Positions 10,911 to 20,593 are shown, counted from the stretch's first letter. The stretch: 20,708 nt of DNA from Lepidodermella squamata (GCA_047495785.1 JBLDXI010000134.1:1-20708); one strand, 5' to 3'. Numbers and translations are program-made. Notes: a model not told the origin generated them from the letters alone.

Positions 10911-11809
10911 ATGGAGAGATTATTTTTCGGCATAATTTCAATCCTATCGATAGGGCTGGTAGCTTGTTGCCCAAATCAGTCTTCGTCAGATGATGATCGG
11001 CATCATCAAATAACTACTACAGCTGCAACTCCGACCTGTCCCACAGGACAGAGCTGTCTAACCACCGTTGCTTGTCCAACGGGCCAGTCGTGCAATGCGA
11101 AGGCTTGCAGCGACAACACGACAGAGTGCCGCTTGACGTCGAATCCGTGTTCAACAGCTGGAACAAGTTGTCAAACAGTTGAGTCTTCTAATCCCCTTCA
11201 ACAATCTTTAAGTTGTTGTTTGTACAGACATTCAGCATTTTCACGGTTGTAGCGACAGGAGGTGGGACGCCACCGTCATATAAGGCCTGCCTATCAGATC
11301 CTACGCTATCGATGGCTAACATTTTGAGTGGGAGCACGGTAAGGCCTTGCTTCTTTTTCATTTTTGTGAAATAGTCGGAAAGTTCTTCAGGCTTTTGGCA
11401 CTACGACCTACAGCAGCTTTGGAGCTTGTTGCGAGGCTGTTTCAGCGGCTACGAGCAACGTACCCTTAACTTATGATGTGCTACAACTTGCGTCTGGAAA
11501 ACAACCAGTACTTTGCGTTCCAAACACTATCAAATACAAACTTTGCAGTGGAAATCCTACCAATTATTGTCTTCGCCTGCCGGGCGCCTGTGCTGGATCG
11601 GATATTCAAGCAACTTCAGGGGTATGATGCTTCGAAACTGTATGGCTTAATCCTTTTATCTATTTTTTGACCAGGCTGGTTCTCCGTATCAATTTGATAC
11701 GTTCCATCAATGCATGATTGCCACAAGCCCAACTTTGGTTAAGCAGGATACGGTTACTCTTGGTGTTAGCAGCGCTCTCACGATTGAGAGGGCCAAAATT
11801 GCTAGCTAG
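10911..11809 (+). CDS. Cysteine-rich paralogue B (type II), mirror copy
   Basis: Exons 10911-11177, 11228-11338, 11391-11621 and 11675-11809; all introns GT..AG, phase 0. Confidence 0.87.
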
Positions 11810-11874
11810 AGCTCTCTAATGCGAGAACTATCAGTTCCGAAATTGACATTAAACCATTTTACATGAATAATGTT

Positions 11875-12688
11875 TTATTTATCACCAGCACCCGCAGCTG
11901 GTGCTACACATTTTTCGACAGAGAGTTGGCCGCTTGTTCCCATAGTTACAGTGGTCAAACCTTCCGTAGGCGTGAGACTTGCACAGCATTTTGAAAATGA
12001 TCTATGGGTATAAGGCGATCCTTCGTCTGTTGTCGCTTGAATTTCTGTTCCAGAGCAGCTACCAGGCAATCGGAGACAGTAATTGACATCCGTTCCCTCG
12101 CAAACCTTATACGAGGCCGAGAAACACATGACTGGCCGCTTTCCAGAAACTATTGGCAGAATGTCGTATGACAGCAATCCGCCGATTGCGTCGCAGCATT
12201 CTGAATAAGTCGCGTAAGAAGCTCCAGCCTAAAATTTAACTGAATATCCCTAAACATGCAACAAAGAAGGCTTGAATGTTTACAGAGCTGCGAGCAAAAA
12301 TGTTCGCTAAATTGATAGATGGATCAGAGAGACAGGCCTTCACACCATCTGGGCTACCGCCTCCTGGAGCAGCCATGGTGTAAAGCGTGAAGGAATTAGA
12401 TTGACAAGTTTGACCCGATGTCGAGCAAGGATTCGAAATTAATCGACATTCTTGAGTTGAAGGGCATGAAGACGCCACGCAAGATGTCGAACAAGTTGGG
12501 GACGCTGAGAGGCAAGCTGTTCCAGATGGGCAAGGCGAGGCTGTTGAACAAGTTGTACTACTGCTATTGCAACCACTAGTTGATTTCTGGCAGCTAGCAT
12601 TGGAACTTGTCGATGGATTACAGCCGTTAACAACACGGGTTAAAATCGCTGCGCCTAGGGCAAGGCGAATTGTTAAATTCGTCAGCAT
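11875..12688 (-). CDS. Cysteine-rich paralogue A (type I), mirror copy
   Basis: Exons 12688-12284 and 12228-11875; mirrors 108..921. Confidence 0.87.
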
Positions 12689-13074
12689 TCCAGCAACGTC
12701 CTACATCTGGTGGTTTCAGCATTACTGCACGACTTCTTTTGGTGTCGTGGGTGTGTGGGCTTTGTGATTGTTTTCTCTCGGCTTATGTAAACCTTACGAA
12801 AACATACGCTCTTGTTACCCTGTTCTGTCATAACCTTACACCTAACCCTTTAGATTTCAAGCATGATGTCCTATTTCCACGTGTAAATACTAAGAAAGAC
12901 TTCCATTGAAAAGCATTTATTAGGGAATGAAAAGTGTAAACGAAGCAGCCAAGCAATCTGAAAAAAATCTCTCAGAGATTTTAAATATAATAATATGTCA
13001 AGCTCAATTATCAAAGTTCAGCGTCAGCTTACAAAGCCTCGTCTGTTCATGGAGATTTTTACCAGGAAAAGCAA

Positions 13075-13884
13075 CTAAGAAGCTGCAGCTGATTCGGAAG
13101 CAGGAGCCACGCATTTCTCGACAGAAAGTTGATTGCTGGAACCTAGAGACACTGTGGTCACGGCACTTGTAGGATTCAAGCTAGCGCAGCATTTTGCAAA
13201 GGATGACTGAAGGTAGGGTGACCCAGCATTTGCTGTAGCCTTCACATCAGTCCCAGTACAGCTGCCAGGAAAACGAATGCAATAGTTTTGAGTTGCAGCG
13301 CAGACTTTGTACGAAGATGAGAAACACATCACAGGCCTGGTTCCAGAAGCTAACGGGAACACGTCGTAAGACAAGAGGCCTCCGATTGCGTCACAGCATG
13401 CTGAAAACGATATGTATGAAGTTCCGGCCTAAAATATAATGTTGTCAGACCAGATTTAACTCAAGGAATAAGAAAATACTGTGCTTCCAGCGAAAATGTT
13501 AGCCATATTGATGGATGTATCTGACAGGCAAGCTTTCACGCCTTCAGGACTGCCTCCTCCAGGAACAGCTATGGTGTACATCGTGAAGGAATTTGCTGTG
13601 CAAGTTTGGCCTGAGGTCGAGCATGGATTCGAAGTTAATCGGCATTCCTGGCCAGAGGGGCATGAAGAGGCTACGCAAGACGTCGAACAAGTCGGAGAGG
13701 CAGAGAGGCACGCTGTTCCAGAGGCGCAAGGTGCAGCCGTAGGACACGTTGTAGTACTACTACTGTTGCAGCCGCTACTTGATTTCTGGCAACTGGAATC
13801 CGTATTGGTTGCAGTATTGCAGCCTGAACCGAATTGCGCCCTAAAAGACACCAGAGTAACTATCAAGCTCAATGTCCTTAGCAT
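13075..13884 (-). CDS. Secreted cysteine-rich protein, paralogue D (type I), about 252 aa, 2 exons
   Basis: Exons 13884-13480 (405 nt) and 13428-13075 (354 nt); 51-nt intron. Same exon lengths as A and the same extra CQKSxSGC loop. Confidence 0.88.
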
Positions 13885-13973
13885 TTTGCGGTCGCGATGA
13901 TTAACAGTTGTTGCGGGCGAGCCGGCTTTTTATGCTGCCGAATTCCAGTCGTGCGCTTTCAGACAAAGCATAG

Positions 13974-14006
13974 TTATTACAAGCGAAAGCACGTTTTCCA
14001 TTGTTC
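13974..14006. promoter_or_regulatory. Shared upstream motif block (TTAC..AGCACGTTT..CATTGTTC) of gene D
   Basis: AGCACGTTT starts at 13988, 104 nt upstream of the D start codon. The same word lies upstream of E and G. Confidence 0.5.
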
Positions 14007-14703
14007 TCCTTAGACTCCTCGACGCGGCCCACATCAGTACTTGTGAATGCTGAACATTGCATCACGAAATCATTCTCGTTTGAGCATGTTTTCAAGTGGA
14101 GCAACAACCGCAAGGATCGAATTCGATGCCTGTATATCAGTGGTCTAAAACCCTGATCTTCTAGCCACTAACCTAACTTCGGCGGCCCGTCGAGGTTTGG
14201 TATCTCTTGCATTGCGTTGGGTTGAACAGGAATCGTCAGGCCCACTATTGGGATTTTCCTAATTCCATCAAAAATTCATTATTTGAGCGATATTGAGCAA
14301 TTATCCTCATTTTATTTCCCATAGCTTTTAAAAGATTTTTCAGGGTGATTGTCTCACGCGCAGCGCGAGATTCCAAGTGAAAGAAGAGCAAAAGAAAAAG
14401 TATAGGTACATCACATTGTTGGTGTTGGTATTGTGTCTTGTGTCCTTATAGCCAACAGAACTTATTGACGTAAATGGCCGCTGTTTGGGCGCGGGATGGA
14501 TAAACAACAGTAGTTTGACAAACTAATTTCAGAGAATGAATTTTATTTCCGCATAACTTGGAATTAATAATCAGAAACAAATCTAATATAATAACTTGCA
14601 GCAACTTATTGGGCGCTCAACGCCTGCAAAAAAGCTTCTAGTTCAACGTTATGATTTCATATTTCCTCATGCAGTTTGTCGTTTAGGAGGAGTACGTATT
14701 TCA

Positions 14704-15470
14704 CTAAGGGGCAGAGCATTTTTCGACAGTCAACTGATTACTAGTGCCCAAGGTGACAGTTGTCATAGCCGCTGTAGGGCTCAGACTTGTGCAACACTTG
14801 ACAAACGAAGCCTGAGTATAAGGCGATCCTGCATTCGCCGTTGCTTGGATATCTGTCCCGGAGCAGCTTCCCGGCAGGCGAAGGCAGTAGTTATTCGTGG
14901 CGGCGCAAACTTTGTAACTAGCCGGGAAGCACATGGCAGGCTGCCGACCTGAAGTCAGTGGAAGTACATCATAGGCTAAAAGGCCGCCTATCGCATCGCA
15001 ACATGCTGCGAAGGTGCTGTACGCAGTTCCAGCCTGTTGGAATAAAGTCAGATTTTGGGCGAAATATTGCAAGTGGTTGTTACCGAGCTTCCGGAAAGGA
15101 TGTTGGCCATATTGATCGTAGGGTCCGATAGACAGACTTTCACACCGGCTGGACTGCCACCTCCTGGAACCGCCATGGTGTACAAAGTGTAAGTTACTGG
15201 AACCTGGCAAGCTTCGTTCGAATTTGTGCACGGATTTGAAGTCAACCGACACGCTTGACCGGAAGCGCATGTCGAAATGTTGCAGCTGGAGCAGGTCGGC
15301 GAGGCTGCTAGGCAAGCTTGGCCGTTCGGGCATGGCGCTGCAGTTGGGCAGGAATTGTTTCGACCCCGGCCATTGCCACTTAGGTTCGTATTCCCATCAG
15401 TGCCGGTTGTAGATACGCAGCAGCTTCCAAGGGAAGCAAAGGCAAGTAACGGAAATAAGATTCTTAACAT
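14704..15470 (-). CDS. Secreted cysteine-rich protein, paralogue E (type I), about 238 aa, 2 exons
   Basis: ATG 15470 (MLRILFPLLAFASLGSCC). Exons 15470-15084 and 15033-14704; 50-nt phase-0 intron at the family-wide position. Confidence 0.88.
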
Positions 15471-15540
15471 CTTAAGATTTTGTGAGATGAATTTTCCGCT
15501 GAAAATGCGAGGCTTTTTCACGGCGCGAGTTTTTGCGGTG

Positions 15541-15582
15541 GAACAATAGAAAAACTCGTTTTTTGTTACTCGCAGCACGTTT
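15541..15582. promoter_or_regulatory. Shared motif block in the E/F divergent intergenic region
   Basis: GAACAAT (15541), CTCGTTT, TTGTTAC (15563) and AGCACGTTT (15574), in the same order as at 18369..18414. Confidence 0.55.
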
Positions 15583-15734
15583 CGAGTGTTTTACATCACG
15601 AAACCGGGTTCTAGACGACAAGTAGCGCCCTCCCGCTCAACACGACTCTGCGCAGTGAAAAAGCAGTCCATCCTCACCTCCGGTTTCTGATTTCCAAGGC
15701 GCTGAATCAATTATTTCTTGCACAAAAGCTAGAC

Positions 15735-16777
15735 ATGGTTTTCCGGGCCTTTTTCCTTGTAATTTGCTTGGCTGTTTCAGCTAATTGCTGCCCGTCTAGC
15801 TCTACTTCAACTACTTCAACCAGTGGTTCTTCCTCCTCTGGCAGGGGCAGTCACACCTGTGCGCCAGCGACCACTTGCTCGACTGGGCTGAGTTGTCTCT
15901 CGACTACAGCAACTTGCCCCGCCGGCTATACGTGCGGAACAACGTGCCCATCGGGATACGAGTGCAGAAGTACAACAAATCCATGCACAACCTCGGGCCA
16001 ATCTTGCGTAGCTTCAACTAATTTCACGATGTACACAATGGCGGTACCTGGCGGTGGCTCCCCAGCCGGCGTCAAAGTTTGCTTATCCGATTCTACCATC
16101 AACATGGCAAGCGTTTTCAGCGGAAGTAGCGTAAGACTGTCTCTCAGTAACTTCTCATCGTTATTTATGGCTTGAAATTGAACAGGCTGCGACTGCTACA
16201 ACATATGCTAGCTTTTCAGCTTGCTGTGACGCTCTTTCAACGCTCGCAGGAAGTGTTGCGCTCGTCTACGACGTGTTTCAAGTCACATCAGGGAAACAAC
16301 CTGTGATGTGCTTTCCTAACACAGTCAAGTACAAACTTTGTGCTGGAACACCGAGCAACTACTGCATGAGACTTCCAGGCGCTTGCGCTGGCAGTGATAT
16401 TCAAGCTACGACAGGGGTGAGCTCTCAAAAATTGCAACTTTTTTTATTTATGGAAAAAATTCAGGCGCGCACGGTCGACTATAGCGCAAGCCCTAGCTCT
16501 TTAACAAATATTGTGAAGAGCGCGATATTCATCCCTGATGGGAAAACAGATGTAGGAAGATAATTCCTTTTATCTTTTTTTCCTTTTTTCGTATCGCTTA
16601 TACGCTCGAAGGGCTCAATGAACTGATTAACACTAATTTTGCTTGCAGACTGGGTCTCCCTACTCATTCGACTCTTTTACCAAATGCATGATGGCCATCT
16701 CACCGACTTTGGCTAAAACGGATACAGTTACCCTTGGAACTAGCAACTACCTGACCGTTGATCGCGTCAAGGTTTAA
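15735..16777 (+). CDS. Secreted cysteine-rich protein, paralogue F (type II), about 251 aa (280 aa with an optional exon)
   Basis: Exons 15735-16130, 16186-16416, an optional 16465-16551, and 16649-16777 (TGSPYSFDSFTKCMMAISPT...VDRVKV). Confidence 0.86.
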
Positions 16778-17041
16778 ACGAGCGGGCGCCAGCAAAGCGG
16801 GACGTTATCCAAGCTTAAAATGTCTGGACATTTTAAAATGACAACCACTTGATTTTACACAGAGCATCTTAGGAATGCACCGGTATTTAGTTTTGCTTCA
16901 TTAGTCGAATAAACATCGCAACAAAATTCATTTTGTGAAAATAAAATTAATGACTGAAAGCTCAGAACATCTCTGTACAAGCTCAGCGTTTCTGTCAGCA
17001 AAAATCCTAAATCATACATGACTTCGCCATAATGCAAGTTA

Positions 17042-17080
17042 CCATTTGTTCCATTCCATTTGTTCCATTTGTTCCCATCC
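17042..17080. repeat. Short imperfect tandem repeat (CCATTTGTT)n
   Basis: ccatttgtt ccatt ccatttgtt ccatttgtt cccatcc, in the convergent F/G intergenic region. Confidence 0.7.
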
Positions 17081-17483
17081 ACTAATAATCGCCCATCCCT
17101 AACAGTAGCCCAGGGTTGAGGGTCGGTTCGGAAACATCAAAAATGAAGGATTCAGCAAAAATTAGTTTTCAAAATTTAAAAAATCCCGGTTGAGGTTCTG
17201 GCCCAGGCTGCTATAGGAACATGTACGGTGGTCGTTTGCTTGGGAACAGTCTCAAATTGAGATGCCAGTTAAATTTTCAAGAACAAGAAATCCATTTCAC
17301 GCCCGCTCAAATTTGCTATTTATTCGCGGCGATCATGCCGCCGTAGTAAAACATTGAGAAAATAAGAAAATATGAACCGAGGTGCTAGCCCCGTGCTCTT
17401 TCAGCGTTCTACGCCTTATATTGTAAAAGTCAGGATTGGTCAAATTAAAACCATATCCACGGATTTGAAAGTCAAAGAATCAT

Positions 17484-18264
17484 TTAAGGGGCAACGCATT
17501 TGTCAACGCTCAGCTGGCTGCTCGACCCCAATGTTATTGTCGTCAAAGCTCCAGTTGGGCTGAGACTCGCGCAGCATTTCGCGAAGGTCGATTGAACGTA
17601 AGGGGAGCCTGCATCGGCTGTTGCTTGAATATCCGTGCCCGAGCAGCTGCCAGGGAAACGAATGCAGTAGTTCTTGGTACTGCCGCAGACTTTGTAAGAA
17701 GACGAGAAGCACATGACGGGCTGCTTGCCAGAAGCTAGGAGAAAGTTATCATATGACAAGAGACCGCCAATCGCATCGCAACACGCCGAGAAAGAGCTAT
17801 ACGCAGTTCCAGCCTGTGAAAGTGAAAAAAATCAGTTTAACATGAAATTTCTTTCCAAATGATTAACAAACCGTGCTGCCGGCAAAAACGTTAGCGATGT
17901 TGATCGAAGAATCTGAGAGGCAGGCTTTGACACCAGCAGGGCTACCACCTCCAGGGACTGCCATAGTATACATCACATAGGCCGAAGCTTGGCAAGTTTC
18001 GCCAGCTGTTGTGCATGGATTCGAAGACAAACGACATTCCTGGCCGATTGTTGTGCAAGTTGAGGAGACGCAACCTGTCGAACAAGTCGGAGATGAAGCT
18101 AGGCAAGCCGTTCCATTGGCGCAGGGAGCCGCGGTTGCGCAGCTTTTTGTGCTATTGTTGTTATTATTACTATTACTGCTGCCACTGGAAGATGCTGGGC
18201 AAGCAAAAGTTAGGCTCAGGGCCGAGATAACAGCAAAAGCGACTTGACAAGCGAACTTCGACAT
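17484..18264 (-). CDS. Secreted cysteine-rich protein, paralogue G (type I), about 240 aa, 2 exons
   Basis: ATG 18264 (MSKFACQVAFAVISALSLTFACP). Exons 18264-17872 and 17813-17484; 58-nt intron. Poly-Asn spacer. Confidence 0.88.
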
Positions 18265-18368
18265 TTTATTAATTATTGTGAGCTTTTCGACAAAGTATGA
18301 CGACCGAGTTTTCAGCGCTCTAATAACCGCCGGCGTGTCCTTTTTTTCGACGCAATAGTGCACGCATA

Positions 18369-18414
18369 GAACAATGGTCGGGCTCGTTTCTTTTGTTACA
18401 AGTCGAGCACGTTT
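18369..18414. promoter_or_regulatory. Shared motif block in the G/H divergent intergenic region
   Basis: GAACAAT (18369), CTCGTTT, TTGTTAC (18393) and AGCACGTTT (18406). Confidence 0.55.
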
Positions 18415-18602
18415 TCTGCGTTCTCACGCTTGAGGTTGCGACATCCGCGGTGTGTCAGCCGCAGAAATTCCTCACACGCCCGCCGATCACGACTTACAGC
18501 GGCTGTCCTGGAAAGCGAGCCCTACTTTTAAAGGTATCTTGGCAGCATAGTCTACCATAAAGCTGAATTTTAGTTGAAGAGGTGAAATCTCGAATAACGA
18601 CA

Positions 18603-19475
18603 ATGTATTTTCAAGCTGTGCTTGCAACTGTCTTCCTGGTTCAATTCACCTATGGCTGTCCTTCATCATCAAGCGCCCTCTCAGATTCGTCAGAATACGA
18701 TACGGCTGGTAACAAGAAGATTACTACAACTTGCGCCCCTGCCACGACCTGCCCAAGTGGAAAAAGTTGTCTTTCTACAACCGCTACTTGCCCAACCGGT
18801 TTCACCTGTGGATCGACATGCGCCACTGGCTACGAGTGTAGAAGCACAACTAACCCATGCACGACTTCCGGACAAACCTGCCAAGCCTCGGTAAGTTGAG
18901 AAATTGAAAATTCAACGACTTCATATAAAATTGTGATTTTGCTGCAGTCCACAAGTTTCACAATGTACAACATGAATGTTCCGGGCAGTGGGAGCTCAGC
19001 TGTTAAAGTTTGCTTCTCGGACGCTTCAATCAACCCAGCTAACTATTTCTCTGGTAGTGCTGTAAGTTGTAGGATTACTTCCAGCTAATATATGTTCATT
19101 GATTTCCTTCTTCAGGCTGTGAGTTCAACGACTTACAGTTCCTTCTCGGCCTGTTGCGATGCTCTTTCGATTGCTGCTGGAAACGTCGGGCTAGCGTATG
19201 ACGTTCTACAACTAACTTCAGGAAAACAACCGACAATGTGCTTCCCCAACACGATCAAATACAAGTTATGCGCTTCCTCGCCCAACTACTGCATTCGCTT
19301 GCCGGGGGCTTGTGCTGGAAGCGATATTCAGGCTACATCGGGGACAGGATCCCCTTACTCTTTCGACTCGTTCCACAAGTGTATGATCGCTACTGTTCCT
19401 ACAATTGCGAAGGCTGATACAGTTGCGTTAGGAACGAACAACCTTCTAACAGTTGAGCGAGCTAAACTCAGCTAA
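18603..19475 (+). CDS. Secreted cysteine-rich protein, paralogue H (type II), about 253 aa, 3 exons
   Basis: ATG 18603 (MYFQAVLATVFLVQFTYGCP). Exons 18603-18890, 18948-19061 and 19116-19475; phase-0 introns of 57 and 54 nt. Confidence 0.88.
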
Positions 19476-19802
19476 ACGATAACAAAAACTGAAAATGTCT
19501 AGAACATTTTTATCACATTAATCCTTCTCATTTTTTAAGGCATCTACGATGCCGAAATCTTTGAAACGTTGATCGTATTCGATTCCAATTGTGACACGTA
19601 TTGTGAACATTGAACTAGTTGCGAATCATTAAATTTTTTGGCTTGATGTTGGCGATCGATCTTTTTCTTGCCGTTTCATTGTTCGCGAGTTACCGCTGCG
19701 TGTGAATAATAGATAAAAATCGATCCACCCATAGCACTATACGCCTCCGTCACGGTTCATTTGACTGATTCGAAAAGAGAAAGCTGACCAGTTTTACTCG
19801 CC

Positions 19803-20593
19803 ATGTCCAGCATACTGAGACCGATAGCCAAGGGTATCGTGATAGGAGGCTTGGTCGGCGGAACAATAGTGACCGCTATGGATTCAATATTCTATGTGCC
19901 ACCTGGCCATCGCGGGCTGATCTTCGATAAATTCAAGGGCGTCCTCTACGACAAAGAAACGCAAGGCGTCTACGATGAGGGTTACCATTTCAAAACGCCA
20001 TTTTTCCAGAAAGCTATCATTATGGAGACAAACATACGCAAATACTTTCTCAGCCTCAAATTTACGTTCAAGAGTGGTAACAGGGCCAAATTCGAATTTT
20101 GCATTCATTACCGGCCTTGCCTGGAACGACTCCGGCAGCTTTTCCTGTGGATCGGGTTGGACTATCAACAAAGGCTTTTCCCGTCCCTTATGGCCGATAT
20201 CTTCAAGGCAAAGATAGACGTACGTAATTGGAAATATTCTCGCCACCAAATTTCATTATTTCGCTATAGGATTGTGGTGAGGCATGGTTCAAAGGTCTTA
20301 GGGAATCAGACGAGCAAAAAGGGGCCTTTGTCAGCATGATCTCAAGCGAATTGAAGAAGTCTGCTGATCGCTTCTGCATTATCGTCGAAAAAGTGCATCT
20401 GATCGAGTTAACAGAAAACTTGGACAATGAACCTGAAGAAGAAGAGGCATCGACAGAGCATCGGCGAAATCTCGAGGGAGCGGTGATAGAAGAAGAAGAC
20501 GCTGAAGCTGAAGAAGTGGAAGAAGAGCTTGTGGAAGAGCCAGATGAGATCGAAGACGATGAAAACGAAATTATTCCCGTAACTGAATTGTGA
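19803..20593 (+). CDS. Divergent prohibitin-like (SPFH/band 7) protein with an acidic tail, about 246 aa, 2 exons
   Basis: Exons 19803-20219 and 20270-20593; 50-nt intron. N-terminal hydrophobic anchor. IFYVPPGHRGLIFDKFKGV, EGYHFKTPFFQKAII and IGLDYQQRLFPS resemble PHB1 LYNVDAGHRAVIFDRFRGV, EGTHFLIPWVQKPII and IGEDYDERVLPS. Confidence 0.85.

Larger units (their letters stand above)
6669..12795. repeat. Right arm of the 6.1-kb inverted duplication (mirror of 1..6127)
   Basis: Begins aaatgctgcgaaaaacggg, the reverse complement of the left-arm end, and runs on into unique sequence after 12795. Confidence 0.97.

Noticed and set aside
1-12795. Inverted arms as terminal inverted repeats of a transposon (Foldback or Polinton type)
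   Set aside because: The arms consist of ordinary host genes, the spacer is the continuation of CNT2, and no transposase, integrase or target-site duplication is visible.
14083-14150. Possible remnant of a type II partner gene upstream of D (SMFSSGATTARIEFDAC)
   Set aside because: The similarity is too short and weak to distinguish from chance by eye.
17101-17215. Possible small MITE (acagtagcccagg ... ccaggctgctat, with repeated ggttgagg)
   Set aside because: The terminal match is short and imperfect, it is single-copy here, and no target-site duplication is clear. A genome-wide copy search would be needed.
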